The notes under the pieces were generated by a model, which was not told where the DNA came from, made no database searches, and was given only the letters and a program-made list of their open reading frames with translations. Shown here piece after piece: positions 50,182 to 61,100 of a stretch of DNA of 64,000 bases. The DNA comes from Podarcis liolepis (Eukaryota). The DNA lies in assembly GCA_965112155.1 (NCBI GenBank), contig OZ218098.1; one strand, written 5' to 3'. Position 1 is the first letter of the stretch, and every line of letters begins with the position of its first letter. The position numbers and the translations under genes are program-made.

Positions 50182-51011
50182 GACTTGAATACGATGTTCC
50201 TTGAGAAGGGCTGTTTTGTACCCCACTCAAGAATGCGTCGTCATCACAGAGCGGGCTTGCCTTGCCGCCGTCTACACTGCTATATCTGTAAGAGCTCCAC
50301 CACCGCCAGTTGGGGAAACCTTACATTGTAGGAGGCATAATGCTAACTGTTTTTACATTGATTTATTATGGGCTTGTATTTGAATTGTTGTCAGCAACTC
50401 TGGGCAATGTGAGTGCATTGGAAGGGTGGGGTATAATTTTTTTAAACTACAGCTCTTCGAGCCCAGTCCTATCTAGGCCTACTCAGGACTAGTGCCCAGT
50501 GCGTAGGATTGCAACATTAGTAGTTATCCAGTAGGTTCTGCAGCTGGTTGATACGTCTTACATTGCATCTCCTCTGCTTTCTTTGCCAGTGGAGGAAGAG
50601 GAAATCTTGACTCATCTAGATCTTCCTGGTATTAATTTGACCTTTTGAAGTATGAAAAGGGAGCAGCAAATTTATCTAGTATCTGGGACAGAATTGATCA
50701 TACATTCTGTTTTTATTTTTTAGCCAACCTAACTGCAGATTAGTGAGAATTTAGTACTTGATTGTACTTTGTTAAAAAACAAAGAAAAGCTGCCTAATAG
50801 TACTACTACTGTAAGGAGCACATGGAGTTTATCTGTTGTGGGATTGGGAATGAATGTGGGTGCTGAGCCACAAGCAAAGTGCTTTAAATTTTCCTTGCTC
50901 GTCATTCTTCGTTGCTCATGTCCAGCTCCTCAAAATGCATCTTCCCTGCGGACAACATGCAGTCGTGGGGAGGCTGCCTTACGTTGCATAATTAAAGAAA
51001 ATTTTCCAAAA

Positions 51012-51017
51012 AATAAA
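51012..51017 (+). terminator. Candidate polyadenylation signal of the Myb/SANT-like gene
   Basis: AATAAA ~830 nt after the stop, preceded by ATTAAA at 50991 and followed by TG-rich sequence. Confidence 0.5.
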
Positions 51018-51394
51018 GAATCTGAGTGCTGAATGTGCTTGATACTCATCAGCAGAGTGAATCTGCTCCCTGTGAGGGTATGTGTGGTACTTAGATGCTG
51101 CAAAACACATTATTGGACCCCTGTTTTGGATGTAGTTTGAAATAATGATTTAGCAGTGCCTGATTGATCAGCAGCAAGCCTCCATCTCACACCCTCCACT
51201 GGATTATTTTATTCTGATCTGGGATTACTGGTTAGTTTAACGTATGCCTGGGATCATAAAGCATGGTTTGAGCCTGTAAATAAAACATTCGCATTCCCCG
51301 TTCAGATACTTCCCCTCCAGGCTGTGCCAGAGGTAGTGCTGAGCTGTGGCCCACAGCTTCTTCTGTTTTACTTTGGAGATATTTGAAATTGTAA

Positions 51395-51535
51395 GTGGAG
51401 GAAGACCCTGTACATGGCATTTCCATGTAGGCTGGGAAAGATTCCTACCTGAAACCTTGGTGAGAGAGCTGCTGTCACTCAGCAAGCTTGATGGACCAAT
51501 CATCTGACACAATATAAGATAGCTTCCTGTGTGCA
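51395..51535 (+). mobile_element. Degenerate squamate SINE 3' part (Squam2-like)
   Basis: ggctgggaaagattcctacctgaaaccttgg...gatggaccaatcatctgac...ataagatagcttcct. Confidence 0.6.
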
Positions 51536-51672
51536 TTTGTTCTACAATATTTCCCTTAAGATACTGGAATAGTGATTGCTGGGAGGAGCAGAGGTCCATG
51601 AATGCACAGAGTAGTTTTATCTGCTATTGTAATAATAATAATATTTGTAATAATACATTTTATCTGCCATTG

Positions 51673-51830
51673 TAATAATAATAATAAGAAGAAGAAGAAG
51701 AAGAAGAAGAAGAATTTATTATTTATACCCCACCTATTTGGCTGGGTTTCCCCAGCCACTCTGGGCAGACTCCAACAAAATATTAAAATACAATAGTCCT
51801 TCAGATATTAAAAACTTCCCTAAACAGAGC
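51673..51830 (-). mobile_element. L2-type 3' end with (AAT)n(AAG)n tail
   Basis: ttatttatacccc...ggctgggtttccccagccactctggg; the same motif occurs at ~7305-7355. Confidence 0.65.
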
Positions 51831-52682
51831 TGTAGATATATGGGACTGTTTTCCTTGGATGTATAGCTATATCACTAGATCTCAAAGCGGACAGCCTACC
51901 AATTGGGTGCAGATTGGAAAGGAAAAGGTATTGCATTCTGAAGCCTTTGCTCCATGGAAGACTGAAGGAGACAGGAGCAACTTTATCAACACCAGATTTA
52001 GAAAATAATGTATATTTCAAATTTAATATACAAATAAAAATAAATATGGCATAACATAATCTATGGAGAAATTGAGGCAGAGGGTAAGCCACTTTAAGAG
52101 GGATTCTTTATAAATTTTGGTTGAAGAAATATTGTTAGAACAGAACATCTGTGCATTGCCAATGGTAATAGTGTGGTCCCCAAGTGTTTCAAACACATTA
52201 CACATAATCATTTCCTCCTTTTATTTATGGGCTGGCTCTAGAGATTCAACCACAGTTTGTTTCTCAGTATCAATATTAATAAATGTTTTTGATGTAATTA
52301 GGCTTCTGATAACATAAGCTAATCTCATTTTTTAAAAATGTAATACCTTTTGTCTCAAATCATAATTAAGTTACATATTGGGAAATATGCAAACACCCCT
52401 CCCCAAAGAAGAACAAGTCAGTTTAGAGCCGAGTGGGGGAAGCAATGTTTTGTGCAACCTCATCCTTACAATGTTGTATGGGAACAATTATTTGCAGCAG
52501 AGGGGCTATACATTGCAGCAGGCTACACATTCCTTCTGAGGCAGATTTAGAGGAGCATGACCAGATTGGGCACAACAGAACTTGAGAGGCAGAGGAGTGC
52601 TGAATTTTGGCATCGCACAGGGTGCCGCTCAAATTTGAGACCCCAAGATCCACCAACAATTCCTTAAACCAAAGCCTTAAGC

Positions 52683-52787
52683 CAGCAGTTCTCAACCTGT
52701 GGGTCCCCATATGTTGTTGGAGCTGGCTAGGAATGATAGGAGTTGTAGTCCAACAACATCTGGGGACCCACAGGTTGAGAAACACTG
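52683..52787. mobile_element. 105-bp palindromic hAT MITE with perfect TSD
   Basis: Long inverted arms; 8-bp TSD CCTTAAGC at 52675 and 52788. Degenerate relatives at ~18290-18420, 19442-19578, 28627-28755, 32064-32190 and 63457-63587. Confidence 0.88.
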
Positions 52788-52964
52788 CCTTAAGCCTTCA
52801 GGTAGCTTTTACCTGTCCCCTGCCTTGTTGCTATGAAACACACAAATAATCTGAGACAGATGTTGATGATGGAACAAAATCAGCATGGATGTTTAGCCTC
52901 TCTTGCAATTACAGATTGAGCAAGACTTTTTGGGACAAGACAGCTTACTCTCTTGTGATAATGA

Positions 52965-53565
52965 AATGACCCTGTGGACTGGAGGCAGCCAAATGTCCCA
53001 TCTTCAAAAAGAGGATCAGGCAACCACCAACCAGTCAGTTTGATGTCAGTACCAATAAGGGTCCTAGAACACATAATGAAGCAGTTGGTCTGCAAGCACT
53101 TAGGATTTGCAGGTCTTTGTAGAATAGATCACAAGCTTAGCATGAGTCAACAGTGTGATGCAGCAGTGAAAATAGCTAAACCAATTCTAGGCTGCATCCA
53201 TAGTAGTGGTGCCCAGATCAAGGATAGTAATAGTACCTCTCTATTCTGCCTTATAATCAGGCCCCAAATGGAGCACTGTGGCCACATTTGGACACCACAT
53301 TTTGAGAAGGATATTGACAAAGGGTCTGGAAACCAAGCCTTACGAGGAATGCTTCAGGGAGTTGGGTATGTTTGACCTGAAGAAGGCTGAGAGGTTATAC
53401 AACAGTCATCTTTAAATAAGGGACGGGCTGTCATGAGTGATGGAGCAAGCTTGTTTTGGGAGCTTTGGTTTTTTTGCTGCTGCAGAGAGTAGGGCTTGAG
53501 CCAATTTATTCAAATTACAAGCAAGGATATTCCAGCTAAACATAAGGAAGAACTTTCTGACAAGA
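52965..53565 (+). mobile_element. CR1 LINE ORF2 remnant, heavily internally deleted
   Basis: DWRQPNV...GNHQPVSLMSVPIRVLEHIMK, DHKLSMSQQCDAAVK.A..ILGCI, RPQMEHCGHIWTPHFEKDID, then ctaaacataaggaagaactttctgac. Confidence 0.8.
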
Positions 53566-56124
53566 GCATTTCTGTAAGATTCAATTTCAGTAAGCTATGA
53601 AGGAGCCAATATTCTCTTTGATTTAAATGGCATTCTGTTCAGTTAGGGAACACGTCATCACTGCTGGTGCCGATATTGGATGGATGAGAAAGATGGGTGA
53701 CCTCAGGATGTTAAAAGTGATATATAGGGGGGATAAGTATAGAAGGCATGAGTCTGGAAATGCTCTTCTGCATGATGTAACACCACTCATGAGACTCACA
53801 ACACAATCCTATACATAAATACCGGTAAGTACTCAAAAAGAAGTCTCATTGAGTTCAATGGGGCTTTTAAAAGACATGATTATAGCATTAAGAAATTAAA
53901 TAGGGGGAAAAGTTAATTCCTTTTACTATCACACATAGCAATACAGAGTGTTGAGTGCAGACATTATTTGTTCTGCTTGCCCTTGTTTTTGGTGTTTGAA
54001 TTTTGCCATAACTCATCCTTAGAACCTTCTGTAGCTGTTTAATTTATATTTGCCTAATAGTGGCAATCAGCAGTTCAAGACAACAGTGGTTTACATTTTC
54101 TTAAATGATGCCAGACACTGCAGGCTTCCAGGGAGGAACCATGGCACACTAGAAGTCTCCTGGCCATAAATCTTGGTTATCACATTATCTATGGGGGAAC
54201 GGGATACAGGGGAACAGGGATAACAGGGTTTAACTTCCAATGCTCTGAAAGGCATGCTTTCTATGCCAAGGAACCAGTAAATTTTATTTTAAATTATCCA
54301 CCTCACTGATGAATGTGCTAATTGTGAAGTGAAGCTACATTACGTCACTGTGAAAAGGGAATGCAAGGAATATACTGTTGATAAGTAAAGACTAATATAT
54401 TAAAAGCACTCAGCATAGCAAAACTACCCCACTGACTGATGGCATTGTGCAGCAACTACTGGATGAGCAACTGAAAGAGCTCAAAGCTGAGATGTATAAA
54501 ATGGTGAATGAAAGTGAACTAGACAAAGCTGAGGCTAAAGAAGACACAGAGCCTTCGGAAAATAATATTTATGGAGGACTGCCAGAACGGGAAAGTGGAA
54601 TGGTGAAGCTGGAGACAGTGGAATGGCAGATTCTGGAGCTATGATGCTGGAGGAATGGAATGAAACCATGTATGGAGAGATTAAGAAATATAATACTTTT
54701 ATTATTTGTACCCCACCCATCTGTCAGGGTTGCCTGAGTTGGCAGAGATAGAGCTGGGAAAGAAAGGATTCCGCATACAATTTGCAGTGAATTCAGAGGG
54801 GAAAGCTTTCAAGCCTCTGGGAACACCCCTGGAAAAAGAATGGAAGAGGAAATGAAAGGACTATTTTTTTATTTAAAAAAGGATGGAAAACTAAGGAAAA
54901 GAGGAAATGGGATTGGAATATACGGAACTGAGTGTGGATTAATGAATATACAATAAGCAAATAATTATGGATTACTGTTTTAATATATGACCACAGCAAA
55001 GAGACTCCTGTGGGAATAAAGATCAAGGATTTTTTTTTTCCAACATTGGAGGTAAAGCTGTTATGTTGGACAGGAAGAAAACTACTGTTGACATATATTG
55101 ATAAGAACAATAATTCGAGAACCTCTTTTGGATGTTTTGTGCAGAAGGAAAATTAACTTGATACCCGGATCTGAAAACTGGAAAAACATCACCTAGCAGA
55201 ACAGCTGGATACCACTCTGGAATGAATATTTGAATAAATTTTATATATACAACTGACAGATGGATAATTGGAAGCTCTTTTCATTTATTTCTCTTTCCTT
55301 ATATTTTTCCTCTTTTTTATTTTTCTATTATTTTTATTTTTCTGTAGCTTTTTTCTTTCCTTTTTTCCCCTTTGCTCTTGCTGCTGCTTCTTATGTCCTC
55401 TACTCTGGGTCAATGAGGGGATTCTATGCAGATGAAGGTGATGGCTAGCTGCTGAAGGGCCCTGTGTGACAGGCAGGGAAAGGAAGATCTCTCTGGGCGG
55501 GAGGCTGGGGGAAGAAAGGGGATCTCCCAGGTGAGAGTTGGGAGGTTCCGATCCACCTCTTTCTTGGTGAGACAAGGGTTAAGACGAGAGAAGATTTTGC
55601 ATTCTTCCTATTTTTGTTTAAACTTGTTTGTACTGTATTATGAAAAACTTAATAAAATCCTTTTAAAAAAAAGCCAAACACTGAATTAACACAACTACAG
55701 AGATAACTTTATGAGTAATTGTACATTTAAACTAATGGGAAGCAAATCTGTGTTACAGAACTTAAGCAGCTTGCTTTAGAGTTACTGGTAGTACAGACCA
55801 GGGCTAGCCAACCCATAAGGCAAGATGAGGTGACCAGATTCAGAAGGACAGCAATCCTGCTGGACTCAGTCACTTCTTCCCTAGCAGGTGTCAAAATGTC
55901 TTTGGTCAGCCCTGGTATAGATAAAGACAGTATTCTAAATACATGGTTGTGTCATGGATAAAGGGTCTACTGCAACTTCCGCTGCAGTATTCTCTTCTGC
56001 CTCCCAAAGGTATTGAACCATATAAATAACGTAGCTGGAGGGTGTTCCATGCTTTGCAGAATTTGCACACTTTTGGCACAGTACAAATCTTTCAAGTTGG
56101 AAGTACACTCACCTCTTAACTTCT

Positions 56125-56216
56125 ATTGTTGTTGTTTAGTCGTGTCCAAGTCTTCGTGACCCCATGGGCCAGAGCGCGACAGGCACTCCTGTCTTCCACT
56201 GCCTCCCGCAGTTTGG
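56125..56216 (-). mobile_element. Short BovB 3' terminal fragment
   Basis: Similar to 8490-8580 (ttgttgtttagtcgtgtc...tgtcttccactgcctcccgcagtttgg). Confidence 0.75.
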
Positions 56217-57527
56217 ATCACTTTTCCCCTGCAATGACTTTAAGATACATTCTTCTCCTACCATCTAAGAGTACTACTATTGGGGTCTGGGTGATAGAAT
56301 TGAATATAGGAGTTTAATGCACAACATCTACGCGGTCCGAAATTTCCCACGTTGTCTTTGAGCAAGATAATAAACCAGACGACCACTGGATCCTTTTCAG
56401 ACCCATGAATCAAGCTTCTTTTTTCACAGCCCTGTGAAAAAAAGAGCCAACCCACACAGATTCTATAGAGCCAATCCACACATATTAGTTGCAGCTAATC
56501 CCAATATAAATGTACTACTTTTACTGTCTTGTTGAATTGTATTATTGAAAGAAGTGTTTTGTGGAGAACTGCGTCAAGTCACATAAAGGTGGGGTGGAAA
56601 CTGAACAGTAGTAGCAAACCTCCCGTTGCACTAATGTCCTGTAAAGGAACTGGGCTTAGTTGTTGCTTGAAGCGCAAAAGTCACCAAAAAGGTTGAACCA
56701 GGATGAAACCTGGTACCAAATTTACTATAACAGCATCCAGAAATTACCTTTTCTTAATCCAGTCATTGAAGTAAAAAGATTTCCCTTGATTTGGAGAAGG
56801 GGTGGGGATTCACGGGCAGCTTTCCCATTGCTCGAGGTTCCGAGCCGTAAGTTCCCAGCTTCCAGCTCCTCTCCCAGCAGTTTCAGATTTCATGAAGTCC
56901 CCTTTTGCTAGGTTGCCAACACCCCTTACTGTTCACCCCAGTTAACAGAGGTTCCTAATGTAGAACAAAGGCAGCTGTGGACATTTTCTTTGGTTACTCC
57001 ACAGTCTAAGCTGATTCCAGAAAACACATCTACCTGCTTGAACAATCAATGTGAGGGACAGGGAATAAGCAGAAAGCTGAAGAGACAACCAATGCTACTG
57101 TATTTTATTAATAAAATTTATATATTGCTTGATAGTTTTTAAAAAATGTGGGATTATTTATTTTTTAAAGACCCAAACGCCATAGAGCTTATTTGAACAA
57201 CACTTTGTCATGGATTCTACCAAAAAGCCTTTCGCACTCTCTCCTCACACGATGGTGAGAAGTGTATCAAAGAAATCCCCCCCCCCAAAAAAAAGAAGAA
57301 AAAAGAAATCCCAATTTACTTTTAATGTGGGATCTCTCCAACCAAGAGTTTGTGTCAGTATATGAAACAGTACTGGGTCATTCCCAACAGTTCACAGCTT
57401 TAATCTAACCCACTTAGCACTTGAAATATAGCTGACCAAAAGGAAGTTTACAAGTTGTTCCAGAGATGTAACAGTTAACTACCTATGGGTTGTTAAAGCA
57501 GTCTGTAATTCTCAACAAGCCAATGTG

Positions 57528-57674
57528 TCTGGCACAGCTCAGTCAGTAGACTATAAAACTCTTAATCTCAGGGTTGTGGCAAAAGATTGGGCACCCTGGG
57601 CAAAAAATTATTGCATTACAGGGGGTTGGACTAGACAACTCTTGTGGTCCCTTCCAACTCTACAGTTCTATGAA
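57528..57674 (+). mobile_element. tRNA-Lys-derived SINE with CR1-type 3' tail
   Basis: 5' agctcagtcagtagactataaaactcttaatctcagggttgtgg resembles tRNA-Lys; 3' ggggttggactaga...ggtcccttccaactctacagttctatga is a CR1-type tail. Confidence 0.75.
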
Positions 57675-58189
57675 TACCTAATTGTAGGTGTTTGTGATTA
57701 TGCTTCTTTTTGAATACTTAAGATTTACAATTCACTTTGTTTGATGGAGACTTCACTATAGATCTTAATCTTTGCACACTCCTTTATGTAAATAAGCTAT
57801 CCCTATAACATCCCTGCCTGTTTTGTATTTATTATTTTCTGGACAAAACTCAGCATTCACTGATGTTTAAACACTATCATATTTACTCCCATTGAAAGGA
57901 ACTTGGTGTATATTTCCCAATTGCAATTTGCACCTGGCTGTGATTCATGGAATGCAATGGTGAGAAATCAAGCAACAAGAAAAACGTCCATTTTCATTTC
58001 ACTACTGTAGCGGGGAAAGATGTTTAATATGTCATCAACATTGCAAAACTGATAATTCACAGATCAGCACCACACTTCCATTTCATAGGAAATAAACTTC
58101 ATTGCTTTTCAAAGGAAGGCATTTCCAGAACTATTTTTGGTCAAGTTCCATATAGAATAAATTGAACAAATGTAGGCAAAATAATTGTT

Positions 58190-61100
58190 TGCATGCTGAA
58201 TGATTTTTTTTTTATTTAGAACCAGTTTATAAAAATAAAATACAAAATAATTTGAAAAACAGAACTTAAAACATTTACAAAGCCTTGATATGATACAAAT
58301 GGGGGAAGGGAAATAAATAACTACACCTTTATGTACAAATGACCATTACAAAGACACTATGTCAGTACCTTATGTTCTTAAACAACTGAGCAAAAATTAT
58401 AAATAAAAAGACATCCAATTTGAATTTTGGAAACAAGAAGTGGGGAAAGACTGGAATACTTGACGATACTAAGTTACCTCTCCAGAACAACTTTCTACCT
58501 AAATTCATCATCATAACTGTTATTCTTGAGATGCTAAATGTTTTCTAGTAAATAACAAGTGCATTTTTTTCTAATTTTGAAATAATTCATTTTTAAAATA
58601 TTGTTAAGCAATTTCAGATTAGTTAGAAGTTCAGTGCTTCAGAGGTCACTCCTGGTTTCAAAGCCTTCATTTCCTTCATTTTTGGATTCTGTTGTAAAGT
58701 AGTTAGGGGGGAAACCCAAATATAAAACATGATCAGGCATGAATAGTTCAGTAAGAAAGCAGATGTTTAGGGAGAGAGTTACAGAAACGTACTTTCTGGC
58801 CACCAAGGAACAGTATGCAGGAGAGGTTGGAGGACCACCTAGATGCATAATACTGCTCTTCTGAAGGATCTGAAGACCTGTGTAAAAAGCCTTTTTAAAA
58901 GGCAGCCTTTTATGTATCAAGACAGTGAGTTGTATCTAACATTATTCATACTCAGACGCAGTGAAATTAACAGACCTACTGACCTGTTACTCATGACCAT
59001 TAATTTCTTTGAGTCTCCTCCAGGTCTGACTAACATTGGATAGAACCTTGTATTAATTTGACTCTGCTATATGTGAGCCAGAGCAGCTGAAACATTTCCT
59101 GGTGCAATCCACAATCTATACACTTTTGCACAAAATGTATATTTTGTATATCTAAGGGGGGAAATCATGGCAAACACAACTATCGTCTGCGGCTCATTCT
59201 TTTAGTTCCTTTAAAGGCAATAATTTGGCTAATGCCATGGGGAATTATGCCTGCATAAAAATGGACAAAAGTACAACATAGTATGTCCGGCAGAAAACTG
59301 AGATAGCAAGATCCAAATGCAGAACAGCAAAAGTCAACGCTTACCAAAGCAAAGATTTTGTGAAAGACCCAAGGAATTAAATTTCTAAATCTATATACAC
59401 TCAGATGTCAGAAAATCTCTTTCGTTGAATGAACACTCAAGGTAAAGCCTACTTAGATGTTGCACTGCTCTCTCTAGTACGAATGACAGATGAACTCTGA
59501 ACTTTAACCCAAATTCCTAAGCCTATAGAACTATATGAAAGTTTTAGATATAATGGAGTGCACCACTGCTCAGAAGTCCCTCTCTGTGTGATGTCCTTGT
59601 GACCACTTATTGCAGAAGGAAATAAGTTGTATTCCTTTAAGTTACCTACAAGCAAGCTGAGTTGAGCTCATAAAAGCAAGTTGCTAGTCTAAAGCTGCAG
59701 AAGTTCAATTTAAAGATTTTCTAGCACTAGGGGTTTTTGGCCATTATTAACTGTTAATAGACACTGTTACTAGAGACCAAAGCCATTTAAAAGTAATAAA
59801 ATTATGGAGCTACCACCAAGTTAAAAAACAAGACCAACATACAATACGCTTCTATATATATATATATATATATACATATACGCACACAGCCTGCTGTGAT
59901 AATAATTACATAAATGTAGATGATATAGGCAACACACTCGCCTAAGATCCTATGACTAGAATTGTTAATATTCCATCTTACTCAATTTGTTTGTTTTCAG
60001 AAAACTATTCTTGTAGGGTTGTGAGGAGAAAAAAAGTTCCTCTGAAATGGAAGGCCAAAATTTGGAGAAAGCTATGTTATATACAAATCCTTGTTCATAA
60101 GTACAGGTATCAATCAATTTATCACTAAAAGACATGCACAACAATAAGCATACTACATATCTGGTTTAAGGCCTGTGCCCACTCATTCCACTAACCTGTT
60201 TTACTAACAACAGATTTAGTTGGTGGAAAAGCAGACTACACAAGAACAAAAGCAAAAAAGTTGCCTTTCTTATTTCCCTGCTTTTTGTTTTGAGACAAAG
60301 GAAGGGGTTAGGCACTACCCTAAAATGTCAGAGTGCTCTGGGCAATCCTCAAACAGTTAAGGGGATCAGTTGGGTAAGTCAGCTATTACAGCCATTACAG
60401 CCCAATCCTCAAAGGCAGCAGGGTCAACATACTGCGGGATGGGGGTCTTCATTCATTCAGTGAGCCCCCATGTGTTGTCAGAGCTCCCAGAATCTTCAGG
60501 TGCATAGGAGGAGTCAGTGCTCTGCAGAGATTTCCTCTATGCAACCACGTATGTTTTATAGTAATACAGAGAGGAGCAAGCATTGTAGTGAGTTCTCTGA
60601 CCACTTTCCCCTCTTAAATAAATGTTACTTATGAGGAGTCACTACAATAACAAACCTGATCTTAGGACAAAAGGAAGCCGTCAGAGGATTCTTCCTCGGT
60701 GCAAGGCTGGGCAAAGGAGATCTGTGCCCGCTATCCTGGCGGGTTGGGCTGTCCTTAACTCAAAATGCAGGAAGACCAAGACTACAGGAGACAGTATAGC
60801 AGCATAGTGATTTGGGAATCACAGCATATAATTTGGGAGCTCAATGCAACAAGATACGCACTATCTTAATTTCCTATTAGCATTAACTGGGAAAATAACA
60901 CTGTCCTGTATCTTGCAGCATTGAACCTATAAAAGCAGCAAGGTTATGTTTTCTCTCGGCTATGCCAATAAACCAGTTGGCCTTTTACATTTTTACCATT
61001 TTTAATTGGTTTGTTTTGAGGAAATAAAAGAAAACGTGCAAATAATATTTTAGATAAATTGAAGGAATAGATTTTAAAATGCAGGCACAGTTACGCTTTC

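Noticed and set aside
46900-51100. Active or complete Harbinger transposon
   Set aside because: No DDE transposase ORF and no TIR/3-bp TSD pair seen.
57528-57600. tRNA-Lys gene
   Set aside because: No intact cloverleaf or box B, and it runs into a CR1-type tail; it is a SINE head.
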